DNA of 20,967 bases from Chlamydiales bacterium (GCA_047611865.1 JBLFWS010000049.1:1-20967); one strand, 5' to 3'; positions 1 through 9,337 are shown, counted from the first letter of the stretch. Notes: generated by a model from the letters alone, not told the origin. A program made the numbers and translations.

Positions 1-1
1 A

Positions 2-109
2 GAATTAGGTAAAGACGCAGCCCTGTTGGCTCATTATGAAGCCGCTAAGCACATTGTCTTACCTCTTCTCTTCGAAGCTTATGATGGGGCTGAAGAGTTA
101 GAAAAATAA
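2..109 (+). CDS. 3' end of a partial CDS running in from outside the window (ELGKDAALLAHYEAAKHIVLPLLFEAYDGAEELEK*), function unknown
   Basis: Stop-free frame from the window edge to TAA at 107-109, protein-like composition, followed by AT-rich intergenic DNA. Confidence 0.5.
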   Translation, partial: ELGKDAALLAHYEAAKHIVLPLLFEAYDGAEELEK

Positions 110-365
110 CCTTCCTTGAAAAGAGACCCCGTAAAGAACAGCGAAGAAAATGCTTTTTTAGGCGTATAAAAAATTCCAATCAATTTATGTGTGATTGAGT
201 AAAGAGTAAGAAGAACCTAATTTTTGATTTCGTAGACTTTTACATGAGTCTCCGGAGAATATTTTTGTTTGTCTTTGCGAAATAAGGCTGTTAAAACCTA
301 AGTATTTTAAAATAAATAGAGTAAGCCCCTTGACTTAAAAGGCGCAATTAAAGAACAGGGCTATT

Positions 366-567
366 TGGAGACAGAGCCACTACCGTGGCTATTAGGAGTT
401 ATCCATAGCCGGCTTATTCATGGGATAATTTCATTTCTTTGTTGGATAGGGGTGTATAGGTGATTTTTTCTTAAGGCCACGGTAGTGGTCTTCCCTCTTG
501 ATAGCCCGTGCTTTAGCTCGGGGATAGGAAAAAAAGATTCTGTGCCACGGTAGTGGCACCTCTCCAA
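366..567. repeat. REP/BIME-like palindrome cluster
   Basis: Three copies of hairpin GCCAC-GGTA-GTGG(C): 376-389 (reverse), 476-488, 542-559 (perfect GTGCCAC-GGTA-GTGGCAC). Outer copies extend into inverted TTGGAGA / TCTCCAA ends. A second palindrome type, TAGCCCGTGCTTTAGCTCGGG, lies at ~502-522. Confidence 0.65.
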
Positions 568-615
568 TATAAGCAAAGAACAAAACGTTTATCAATTTTA
601 ATACCCTGCATTTTT

Positions 616-739
616 AGAAGATCGGGCATGACTCAGTTACATAAGCACAAATTCCTTCGCTTCTCTTAAGTCATCCGAGATTTTGCTCAGACAGCCTATA
701 GGCTTAGGAAAAAGTGTTACCTTGAATTGAACCATGCCC
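616..739 (+). mobile_element. MITE-like non-coding element, copy 1
   Basis: Imperfect terminal inverted repeats GGGCATGACTCAGTT (624-638) and AATTGAACCATGCCC (725-739), 12/15 match; internal palindrome AGCCTATAGGCT; near-identical inverted copy at 20843-20967. Confidence 0.8.
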
Positions 740-961
740 AGTTTTACATTACGTTTTCAAAGATGTGAAAGACGTTAAGCTTGTAGCGATAGAAAGTATG
801 CCGAAGAAAATTTTTCAAGTATTATTTTTTTTTAAAATTAAAGTCGAACTATATAGTTTTATATTTAATAAAAGTGATCTTGTCTTATAAGTATTCATCA
901 TTATAGACTACCCATCCTACTACTATCTTAAAATTAAAAATTATTCATTGAAGGAAAAATA

Positions 962-1393
962 ATGACCACACTGGCATCCCTGGCTTACCACAACAGCTCT
1001 CAGATATATCAGGAATTCAGCAAATGTGTCCCACGAAACACCGTTAATGCTGCGTGTAAGAGTGCTTTGTATACTTTTACAGCCACAAGTATTCTATCTG
1101 CTAGCCCTTCGCTTGCTTGTGCCTATGCAGTAGTGGCGGCTTTGTCTGCGCTTGTAGATTCAGCCATTACCCCGTTTTTTTCTCATGTTTGCTGTTCAGA
1201 AGAAAATCCCAGTAGTATCAAATGGTATGAGTCCATTGCAAAAAGGTTTCTTACCCTATCTCTAGTTCAGGCTGCTACAGGATTTAATGTTTCCTCATTG
1301 TGGGCAATTACCAATTTATTTTTTGTCTCGATTGACAGGGATAGAAATACCACTAATGATATTACACCTCCCTATCTCCTATTTCCCGTGTAA
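962..1393 (+). CDS. hypothetical membrane protein
   Basis: 143-aa ORF, AAGGA upstream of ATG, Ala/Ser/Leu-rich hydrophobic segments, no recognised domain. Confidence 0.6.
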   Translation: MTTLASLAYHNSSQIYQEFSKCVPRNTVNAACKSALYTFTATSILSASPSLACAYAVVAALSALVDSAITPFFSHVCCSEENPSSIKWYESIAKRFLTLSLVQAATGFNVSSLWAITNLFFVSIDRDRNTTNDITPPYLLFPV

Positions 1394-1436
1394 AAGCAGC
1401 CAGTCTAGTCTATTTGCTCTATTCAGGCACGCTTGC

Positions 1437-2378
1437 TTACCTGGGTAAGCCCCCATCCTTCAATTTTCCTGGAAGGGGCTTCCCGGCAATTTTCTGTGCG
1501 TACTTAGCGCAGGAAATATAAGCATCCAGATCAATCCCCGTTTTTATCCCTAGCTGCTCACATAGAAAAGCGACATCCTCCGTAGGAACATTTCCAGCCG
1601 CCCCTTTTGCAAAAGGACAGCCTCCCATTCCCCCTACGGAACAATCAAAACGACTTACCCCTACTTGCAGTCCTGCGAAAACATTAGCCATACCTGTTCC
1701 ACGAGTGTCATGAAGGTGCAGTCCTATCTCCATTTCCGGCCACCTGCTTCTAATGCATTTAACAAGAGTTTGGACTGAGAGAGGATTGGCCCATCCTGTA
1801 GTATCTGCAAGAGTCACCTCCGGCAGAGTCATTCCATGTGAAGAGATTTCGTTTACTACCCTATCCAAAATAGCTACTACCTTCTCGGGAGGGATAAGCC
1901 CCTCATCCTGATGGCCAAAGGCTGTAGATAACATCAACCTTTCCAGAGAAAGCTTATTTTCTTGAAAAAGAGTCAGCCATTTTCTTGTGCCCAAAATAGC
2001 TTCATCGAGAGTCACATTGTTGTTTTTTTTCAGAAAGCTCTCGGAAGCTGCGAGCATAAGGTAGCCTTCCAACTCTAATTGAGGAAACTGTAAAGCTCTA
2101 AGCAGACCTTTTTCATTCAGATAGAGCGCGCGATACCGCACCCCTTTAACTGCTGTTAGGCCTTCTGCAAGCTTCTCAGCATCAGCATGCTGCGGCACTC
2201 TATCGGGACGCACAAAGGCTGTAGTCTCAATACTTTTCACACCTGTCTGGCTTAGCCTGTTTATCAGTTCTATCTTTTCCTCAATAGGTACGATTCGATC
2301 CAGTAATTGAAAGCCCTCTCGGGGGCCATCTTCCCGGATCATCACCTCTCTAGGAAATTGAAAGCTGCTTTCTTCCAT
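1437..2378 (-). CDS. hydroxymethylglutaryl-CoA lyase family protein (DRE-TIM metallolyase)
   Basis: EDGPREGFQ start motif, LADTTG, HLHDTRG metal-binding His pair, GGMGGCPFAKGAAGNVPTED signature. Confidence 0.9.
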   Translation of the reverse strand: MEESSFQFPREVMIREDGPREGFQLLDRIVPIEEKIELINRLSQTGVKSIETTAFVRPDRVPQHADAEKLAEGLTAVKGVRYRALYLNEKGLLRALQFPQLELEGYLMLAASESFLKKNNNVTLDEAILGTRKWLTLFQENKLSLERLMLSTAFGHQDEGLIPPEKVVAILDRVVNEISSHGMTLPEVTLADTTGWANPLSVQTLVKCIRSRWPEMEIGLHLHDTRGTGMANVFAGLQVGVSRFDCSVGGMGGCPFAKGAAGNVPTEDVAFLCEQLGIKTGIDLDAYISCAKYAQKIAGKPLPGKLKDGGLPR

Positions 2379-2407
2379 AGGTCCACAAATTTGATACGAG
2401 GTTGGTA

Positions 2408-2466
2408 TTTATACCGTAACAAACCCAAGGTCGTAATTTTAATACAAGACCCAGGGTCGGTATAAA
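2408..2466. repeat. imperfect nested inverted repeat in divergent intergenic region
   Basis: TTTATACCG...CGGTATAAA outer arms enclosing ACCC-AA-GGTC...GACC-CA-GGGT; contains ATTTTAATAC also seen at 3732-3741. Confidence 0.45.
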
Positions 2467-2585
2467 AGCGTGTTAGCAAATTCTGAAAAAAAAGAACAGA
2501 AATAGCTAGAATATGATTAAAAATTATTTACCCGTAATGAAAAATATTGTATTCATAGATCTCTTATATATTACGCGATAACATC

Positions 2586-3686
2586 ATGAGGAGATTCATG
2601 TTAGGATTTTCCAGAATAAGCCGATTTCCCGGAAATAGAACGAAAGCACTATGCATGTTCATAACTGGGTGCTCGCTTCTATTTGCATTGACATCACAAA
2701 AATTACATTCTCAAGAAGCGCAAAATGACCTCACAAATTCTAGCCTGGAGGAACTTCTCCGCACTGATGCCAGTCCTAATGGAATGGCGGGAGGATATAC
2801 CCTTAATAAAGGTGAAATAAAATGGGGCTATCGTTTTATGTCGATGAAAATGAAAGGTCTCATTGATGGCAGCTCTAAGATAACTTCTAATGAAGGCTTT
2901 GGTGCTACATATAGCTACACAGCCGTTCCCACAGAGATGGAAACCAATGTACACATGCTAATGCCGATGTTCGCCCCAACTGAAAACATTACCGTACTCT
3001 TCGAGCTTCCGTTTGTCTCAAAATCTATGGACATGGTATTGGCTTCAGGAGATACCTTCACCTTAGAATCTACCGGTGTGGGGGATGTCGTCACAACTAT
3101 AATGTACACTTGGGCCAAAACAGATAACGATAGCCTTGTCCTTGATTTTGGCGTCAGCTTACCCTCCGGGTCCACAAGCCGAAAAGACGACAGTCCTTTG
3201 GGGATCAGCAGGCAACTACCCTATGCCATGCAACTCGGTTCTGGTACCACAGATTTTATTCCTGGAGTCACCTACACCAAGACATCCGGAATGTGGTCCT
3301 ATGGGTCTTTAGGAAATGTTACCATGCGTTTTGGCACTAATAGCAACGAATATAGACTTGGAGACCGCATAAAAGCCTCCACTTGGGTTGCAAGAGAATT
3401 GCGTGATTGGATTTCCGTATCCACCCGTTTAGATGGCCAATGGTGGGGTAATGTCAAAGGCAGTGACCCAGCACTGAGTCCAAGTCTTACAAATACAGAA
3501 GATCCAAACAGGCAAGGTGGCAAACGGGTAGACCTCTATGGAGGCGTAACGTTGAATGTCGCAGAAGGCGCTTTCTCTGGAAACCGCCTTAGGTTTGAAG
3601 GGGGTCTCCCTGTAATACAAAGTCTCGATGGTCTTCAGTTAAGAGCAAAAAGATTTTTCAGCATTACCTGGGACTGGGTATTTTAA
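2586..3686 (+). CDS. outer-membrane beta-barrel 'transporter' (Phenol_MetA_deg-like, Met-rich)
   Basis: Signal-peptide-like N-terminus; YRFMSMKMKG, VHMLMPMFAP, GVGDV, LPYAMQLGSGT, YRLGD, GGKRVD motifs; C-terminal WDWVF barrel signature. Confidence 0.75.
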   Translation: MRRFMLGFSRISRFPGNRTKALCMFITGCSLLFALTSQKLHSQEAQNDLTNSSLEELLRTDASPNGMAGGYTLNKGEIKWGYRFMSMKMKGLIDGSSKITSNEGFGATYSYTAVPTEMETNVHMLMPMFAPTENITVLFELPFVSKSMDMVLASGDTFTLESTGVGDVVTTIMYTWAKTDNDSLVLDFGVSLPSGSTSRKDDSPLGISRQLPYAMQLGSGTTDFIPGVTYTKTSGMWSYGSLGNVTMRFGTNSNEYRLGDRIKASTWVARELRDWISVSTRLDGQWWGNVKGSDPALSPSLTNTEDPNRQGGKRVDLYGGVTLNVAEGAFSGNRLRFEGGLPVIQSLDGLQLRAKRFFSITWDWVF

Positions 3687-3702
3687 ACACGCTTGGCTCT
3701 TT

Positions 3703-3747
3703 GGTCGTGTATTAAAATTAAGGAATCTCTGATTTTAATACTCGGCC
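3703..3747. repeat. intergenic hairpin
   Basis: GGTCGTGTATTAAAATTA ... TGATTTTAATACTCGGCC, ~18-bp imperfect arms. Confidence 0.55.
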
Positions 3748-3784
3748 TATGCTTAAGTATATAAAACTTAAATTAGCGAGAGAA

Positions 3785-4489
3785 ATGATGAAAAGAAACA
3801 CCTTGTTACTGACTATCCTAACTGGGATGAACTTTCTACTAATGTTCTCTCCAGCCAATGCTGACGACACAACGCCGCGTGGATATCAGATTAAAGCGGC
3901 ATTTCTTTACCAATTTGCAAAGTTTGTCGAATGGCCTGAAACTTCTCAGGGTGAGAACACCCTCACCATCGGTATTTACAAGGGAAACCCTTTTGGAGAA
4001 TACCTTAAAACTCTTGATGGTAAGCTGGTAAAAAATAAGGTCATCCAAACACAGATTCTAGATATGAATGATGATTTACAAACCGTGGATATCCTATTTA
4101 TCACTAAAGCCGTAGAGAAAGAGCTGGCAGAAAAAATTGATGAACTAAGACATTCCCATATACTTACTGTTAGCGACATTGAAAATTTTGCTTCTCAAGG
4201 GGGGATCATTGAATTTTATGAATGGAAAAATAAGATTCACTTCAGAATCAACCCTGAAAATGCTAAAGAATCAAGGCTAACTATTAGTTCTAGGCTTTTG
4301 CAGTTGGCTGATCTCGCGGTCAATAAAATAGACCCAAAAGCAAGTTCAAAGACAGCTTCAAAAACAAGGTCTAAGATCTCTAAGAAAAATGAATTCAATT
4401 CTGGAAAGGATTCTGTTTCAGATCTTGATTCAGCTACGATCCCAATAGAATTCCTTAGCTATCCTTTCGTCTCCAAAAAAAGATCATAG
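3785..4489 (+). CDS. YfiR/DUF4154 family periplasmic protein with extended K/S-rich C-terminal tail
   Basis: YQIKAAFLYQFAKFVEWP, GNPFG, ILTVSD, GGIIEF, INPENAKESRLTISSRLLQLA motifs; likely start at MMKRN (3785) with signal peptide ending ANA/DD; ORF track start is 3749. Confidence 0.88.
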   Translation: MMKRNTLLLTILTGMNFLLMFSPANADDTTPRGYQIKAAFLYQFAKFVEWPETSQGENTLTIGIYKGNPFGEYLKTLDGKLVKNKVIQTQILDMNDDLQTVDILFITKAVEKELAEKIDELRHSHILTVSDIENFASQGGIIEFYEWKNKIHFRINPENAKESRLTISSRLLQLADLAVNKIDPKASSKTASKTRSKISKKNEFNSGKDSVSDLDSATIPIEFLSYPFVSKKRS

Positions 4490-4509
4490 AATAGTAGGAA
4501 AAGACTTAC

Positions 4510-4565
4510 GAGAGTGCTATTAAATCAGAATGAAATCAAATTTCTCCTGATTTAATGACACTCTC
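4510..4565. repeat. long hairpin after the yfiR-like gene (terminator or MITE remnant)
   Basis: GAGAGTGCTATTAAATCAGAATGAAAT / ATTTCTCCTGATTTAATGACACTCTC, ~26-bp imperfect arms followed by a pyrimidine run. Confidence 0.55.
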
Positions 4566-4661
4566 TTTCTCTATTCCCTAAACAATAGCTTTTCAATAAA
4601 ATCTCTCCCTGACTATAAGAGGAATCCCATAAGAAAAAATAACCTTGGTGGGGGTCCTGTT

Positions 4662-5480
4662 TTGACAATAATACTGCATCTTCCCCCTTATCCAGAGAAT
4701 AAATGGTCAAAAGAGCACCCACTTAAGCTGCGCCCCTTTGAAATAGTAAATAAAACGAAATACTCCGAACTCTTCTCCAACTACGTTCCAAATAACTTAA
4801 ATTTTGAAGAAAACTCCATTGTCCAAGCCTGTTGCAAGAATATTTTGCATAAGTCTTCCAAAAAAGTTTTTAGAAAATTAAAAGACTCCTCTTTCGGAAT
4901 AGCCGCAGCTCTCCATGACTGCCATACACAGTGCATTGAGCCAATAATTCCTCTCACAACCGAGGATAATTTTTTTCTTAAAAAAGCCCTCTATTACTCA
5001 ATGGCTGATTTACTCAAGCATAAATTAGAAAAAGCTCAAAAGAAAAGCCCCTCATTTAAGACGTTTAGAGAATACAAAGACTTCAGAGGTTTCATTGATA
5101 ATTTTTCATCCGCTAAACAAGCAACCCTGCGATCTCAACAAGTTCACCACGGAGAAGAGTTTCTCACAGATATTCGTAACGCGCTCTCTGAATGTGTCAA
5201 CTCAGCAATAGTCCTAAAAATCGCCAGTGAGTTTTCTCACCCAAAAACTTTTTTTACCAAAAATTCCCGATGGATCCATCGCCATAGCCTATTTGTTTTC
5301 ATCAACAATGAGCGGAAATTCTTTTATTTTTATGATAACGAACTAAAAGCTATCGTTCAGGAAACCTCTTGCGAAGGGCTTCTCAACACTTTTGCGGATT
5401 ATATCAGAAGAGAAAAGCCCGATTACCTTCGCCCTCATGTTGTATGGCAATTTTCCTGGAGCCCAGCAAAAAATGATTGA
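4662..5480 (+). CDS. hypothetical protein
   Basis: 272-aa ORF, TTG start with GG-rich upstream sequence, no recognised domain. Confidence 0.6.
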   Translation: MTIILHLPPYPENKWSKEHPLKLRPFEIVNKTKYSELFSNYVPNNLNFEENSIVQACCKNILHKSSKKVFRKLKDSSFGIAAALHDCHTQCIEPIIPLTTEDNFFLKKALYYSMADLLKHKLEKAQKKSPSFKTFREYKDFRGFIDNFSSAKQATLRSQQVHHGEEFLTDIRNALSECVNSAIVLKIASEFSHPKTFFTKNSRWIHRHSLFVFINNERKFFYFYDNELKAIVQETSCEGLLNTFADYIRREKPDYLRPHVVWQFSWSPAKND

Positions 5481-5568
5481 ACGTTTTGAAGTAGAAGTTC
5501 AGGTCTATAAGCTCCCTCATTTTCTCTAAGAAAAGGAACTCTTCGGGATTTTCAAAGCTCTAGTTTTT

Positions 5569-5594
5569 CATCCACCTATACTGCCCATCCTGTC
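5569..5594 (+). repeat. left part of ~9-nt tandem repeat (YATCCTGYC) split by IS4
   Basis: CATCCACCTATACTGCCCATCCTGTC directly abuts the IS left end. Confidence 0.55.
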
Positions 5595-7153
5595 CATCCT
5601 TGTACCCATAACTTTTTTGACAAAAAAGCCTTTATGCTATCTTTCTCTACCAAGCAATTTTGATAACATGTAACAGTGAAATTTAATATGGAAAGCTGGG
5701 TGGAGTCTGAACTAAAAAATTCGAACTTGGGAGACAAAAGGATTGATAAACGAAATGCAAAAATCATGCAGGCTTTAAGTGAAGAACCTGGAGCAACTTT
5801 TGCAGAAGCCTTTGATTCGTCAGCAGATTTAAAAGCTGCTTACCGCTTTTTTGACAGTGATTTGGTTACTGAGGAGACAATCTTTAACCCTCATAATCAG
5901 GTTACAATAAAGCGAATTAAACAGTGTCCTGTCGTACTCATACCTACAGACTCAAGTTCACTAAATTACAGTAGTAAGCCTTCTATAGAGGGCACGGGAC
6001 TCTTGACGAAGAAAAGTCATAGAGGTCTGTGGATTCATGCTTCAATTGCTATTACTCCCGATCGTTTAAACTTAGGGCAAGTATATTCTAAATTTTGGGC
6101 TAGGGAAGAATTCAATAACCGAACCGACCATGAAACTTATAAAGACCCAATTGAAAGTAAAGAAACCTATTGTTGGATCGAAGCTTATCAAGCAGCAAAT
6201 TCAATAGCAAAAGGATGCCCTGATACTCACATTATAAGCTTAATGGACAGAGAAGCCGATTTTGCAGAATTGTTTGAGTATATAGCACAGGAGAGAGTGG
6301 AACAAGAAAACACAGCTAATATCATTGTAAGAGCTCAACATGATAGAAATTTAATAGATATTGAACATCCGAAAAGTAAAAAAAAGAAAAATTGAGAAAT
6401 GTTCTTAATGATTCACCGTCTTTAGGTAAGATACAATTTTCTGTTCCAGGGGGCAGAGGGAGAACTCCTAGATTTGTTGAACAATCTCTGCATTCTGCTA
6501 GAGTTTCATTTAAAAAAAAGAAGGGTTGGATCTAAAGAGTCTACAACTGTAACAGTGAATGCAATCTTGGCTAAAGAAATTCCAACTCCTCCTGAAGGAG
6601 AAGAGCCTATAAGCTGGATTCTTTTTACAACCCTTCCATAGATACAGCAGAACAAGTCAAGCAAGTAGTTGACTACTATTTATGTCGTTGGGAGATAGAA
6701 ACATTTTTTAAGGTGTTGAAAAGTGGGTGTGAAGTTGAAGAGCGAGGATTGAAATGTACAACACGATTATTACCACTTATAGCAATGCTGATGATAATCT
6801 CATGGAGGGTGATGTATTTGATGATGTTAGGGAGAAATTGCCCTCAAATACCCTGCGATGTCATTTTTTCAACATTAGAATGGCGTGCAAGTTGGATGGT
6901 AGCTAATAAAGGAAAACCTTTGCCAATGGAGCCACCAAGTCTAGGGGGAATTCTTCTTATTATTGCTGAATTTGGGGGGCATAAAAATCGTAAAAGCGAC
7001 CCACCTCCAGGAGTAAAGGCTATATGGAAGAGTTTGTGTAAAACTCATGAATATGCACGAGCTCTAGATGCATTTGATCAAATTCCAGCTAATAAAAATA
7101 GTTAGGAGAATAAATGATATTTTTTGTCAAAAAAAGTTATAGGTACAAGGATG
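5595..7153 (+). mobile_element. IS4-family (IS50/Tn5-like) insertion sequence, degenerate
   Basis: ~33-bp inverted repeats CATCCTTGTACCCATAACTTTTTTGACAAAAAA (5595-5627) and TTTTTTGTCAAAAAAAGTTATAGGTACAAGGATG (7120-7153); flanks ATCCTGTC / ATCCTATC are a possible 8-bp target duplication with 1 mismatch. Confidence 0.9.
5676..7105 (+). pseudogene. IS4/Tn5-like transposase, frameshifted
   Basis: N-terminal LGDKRIDKR and KAAYRFF; D residues in PTDSS and MDREAD; YLCRWEIETFFKVLKSGC (YREK motif); C-terminal FGGHKNRKSDPPPGVKAIW. About three frameshifts, near 6385, 6520 and 6638. Confidence 0.9.
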
Positions 7154-7205
7154 ATCCTATCCATCCTGTCATCCTGTCCACCCTGCCTATCCTGCCTATC
7201 CTGCT
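7154..7205 (+). repeat. right part of ~9-nt tandem repeat (YATCCTGYC)
   Basis: ATCCTATCC ATCCTGTC ATCCTGTCC ACCCTGCCT ATCCTGCCT ATCCTGCT. Confidence 0.75.
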
Positions 7206-7303
7206 CAACTTGATAAAAAACATAGAATAATTCTTACACTTTTGTGTACAAACTTGTTGAATCTAAAATAACCTATGGAAATGCCATCAATGGAGACGGG
7301 ATT

Positions 7304-8416
7304 ATGAAAACACGTGCAGCAATTGCATTTGAAGCTGGAAAGCCCCTGGTCATAGAAGAAGTTGATCTGGAAGGCCCAAAAGATGGAGAAGTTCTTGTTC
7401 GGCTTGTAGCCACCGGTGTTTGTCATACCGATGCCTTTACCCTGTCAGGAAAAGATCCAGAGGGCATTTTTCCTTCTATCCTCGGACATGAAGGTGCCGG
7501 TGTCGTTGAAGAAGTAGGACGTGGTGTAAAGAGTCTCAAAGTGGGAGATCATGTCATTCCTTTATATGTTCCTGAATGCAAAACATGCAACTTTTGCTCT
7601 AGTGGAAAAACGAATCTCTGTCAGTCCATACGACTTACCCAAGGGCGTGGGCTCATGCCCGATAATACTTCGAGATTTTCATTCAAAGGAAAAACCCTTT
7701 ACCACTATATGGGCACAAGTACATTCAGCGAATACACCGTTCTCCCTGAGATCTCCCTTGCAAAGATCAATTCCGCAGCCCCTCTCGAAAAAGTATGCCT
7801 GCTAGGCTGTGGCATCACAACAGGCATCGGAGCCGTATTTAATACCGCTAAGGTCGAAGCTGGCTCTACAGTGGCAGTATTTGGTCTAGGTGGCATTGGG
7901 CTGAGTGTCGTCCAAGGCTCTGTTATGGCCAAAGCCAAGAGAATCATTGCAATCGACATCAACCCTTCTAAATTCACTCTTGCCAAACAGTTAGGTGCGA
8001 CAGATTGCGTGAATCCTCGTGATCACAGTACTTCTATCCAGGATGTCATTGTCGAAATGACGGACGGCGGGGTCGACTACTCCTTTGAGTGTGTCGGCAA
8101 TGTGGATCTCATGCGATCCGCATTAGAATCTTGTCACAAGGGATGGGGGATTAGCACCATAATTGGTGTTGCCGGATCTGGACAAGAAATTAACACACGT
8201 CCTTTCCAATTAGTTACAGGTCGCCAATGGCGAGGTACGGCTTTTGGGGGAGTAAAAGGACGCTCTGAACTGCCTGGATATGTTGATAATTATCTGGCAG
8301 GCAAAATTCTGATAGATCCGTACATATCTGAGACCTTGCCCTTAGAAGAGATAAATACCGCATTCGATCATATGCGTGAAGGCATTAGTATCCGTTCAGT
8401 AATACATTTTCGATAA
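7304..8416 (+). CDS. frmA: S-(hydroxymethyl)glutathione dehydrogenase / class III alcohol dehydrogenase
   Basis: [18 protein letters not shown], structural Zn Cys cluster, [16 protein letters not shown]; start MKTRAA at 7304 with GGAG RBS (ORF track start 7244). Confidence 0.97.
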   Translation: MKTRAAIAFEAGKPLVIEEVDLEGPKDGEVLVRLVATGVCHTDAFTLSGKDPEGIFPSILGHEGAGVVEEVGRGVKSLKVGDHVIPLYVPECKTCNFCSSGKTNLCQSIRLTQGRGLMPDNTSRFSFKGKTLYHYMGTSTFSEYTVLPEISLAKINSAAPLEKVCLLGCGITTGIGAVFNTAKVEAGSTVAVFGLGGIGLSVVQGSVMAKAKRIIAIDINPSKFTLAKQLGATDCVNPRDHSTSIQDVIVEMTDGGVDYSFECVGNVDLMRSALESCHKGWGISTIIGVAGSGQEINTRPFQLVTGRQWRGTAFGGVKGRSELPGYVDNYLAGKILIDPYISETLPLEEINTAFDHMREGISIRSVIHFR

Positions 8417-8435
8417 AATAAAGGGAGGCATTACC

Positions 8436-9287
8436 ATGTCAGTAAAAACAGAAAAACTTCATGAAATAAGTAGCGCACAGTGTTTTGATTGTACGCAAAA
8501 AGTTTACTCTCATGATTCAAAAGTCAACAACTGTAAGATGACATTTTCTATATGCCTCCCTCCTCAACATATGCTCAATCCCTGCCCGGTTCTATATTGG
8601 CTGAGTGGTCTGACCTGTACGGAGCAGAATTTTATTACTAAAGCTGGCGCGCAACAATATGCGGCCAAACACGGTATCATTATCGTTGCTCCTGATACTA
8701 GCCCCCGCGGAGATCATGTCCCTGACGACGCGGCCTATGATCTAGGCTGCGGTGCCGGATTCTATCTCAATGCAGGCAAAAAGCCCTGGGATGCCCACTA
8801 CAACATGTACGACTACGTACTCCTCGAACTTCCCAGGATTATAGAAAATAATTTTCCTGTGAAAAAAAACTGTTCGAGTATCTCTGGACACTCAATGGGA
8901 GGACACGGAGCATTGGTCCTGGGACTACGAAACCCTGAACGCTATAGGTCCGTTTCTGCATTTGCTCCAATTTGCTCCCCCTCTCAAGTTCCATGGGGGC
9001 AAAAGGCCTTTTCTACCTACCTGGGAAGTAATCAGAATGATTGGAAGGACTATGACGCATGCGAACTCGTCCTAAAGCTTCAGCAGCCCCTGCCTATCCT
9101 CATCGATCAGGGAAGCAAAGATGAATTCCTGGATAAGCAACTTCATCCTTATGTTTTTCAAGAAAGCTGCAAACAATCTCCCGCGGCTCTTACTCTCAAT
9201 ATGAGAGACGGTTACGACCACAGCTACTTCTTCATTTCCTCATTTATCGGCAAACACATGGATTTTCATGCAAAAAACTTAAACTAA
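8436..9287 (+). CDS. fghA: S-formylglutathione hydrolase
   Basis: WLSGLTCTEQNF, PDTSPRG, GHSMGG nucleophile, GYDHSYFFI; GGAGG RBS; 19 nt after frmA. Confidence 0.96.
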   Translation: MSVKTEKLHEISSAQCFDCTQKVYSHDSKVNNCKMTFSICLPPQHMLNPCPVLYWLSGLTCTEQNFITKAGAQQYAAKHGIIIVAPDTSPRGDHVPDDAAYDLGCGAGFYLNAGKKPWDAHYNMYDYVLLELPRIIENNFPVKKNCSSISGHSMGGHGALVLGLRNPERYRSVSAFAPICSPSQVPWGQKAFSTYLGSNQNDWKDYDACELVLKLQQPLPILIDQGSKDEFLDKQLHPYVFQESCKQSPAALTLNMRDGYDHSYFFISSFIGKHMDFHAKNLN

Positions 9288-9307
9288 ATACCCTTTGGCC
9301 CCTACCC

Positions 9308-9337
9308 AATATTAGCTTACTAATATTTTTTTTATTT
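9308..9337 (+). terminator. possible intrinsic terminator after fghA
   Basis: AATATTAG-CTTA-CTAATATT stem followed by a T-run; AT-rich and therefore weak. Confidence 0.4.

Noticed and set aside
366..567. CRISPR array
   Set aside because: Repeats are only ~14 nt, in mixed orientation and irregularly spaced; no cas genes in the window
7244..7303. 20-aa N-terminal extension of FrmA
   Set aside because: Family similarity starts at MKTRAA (7304), which has its own GGAG RBS
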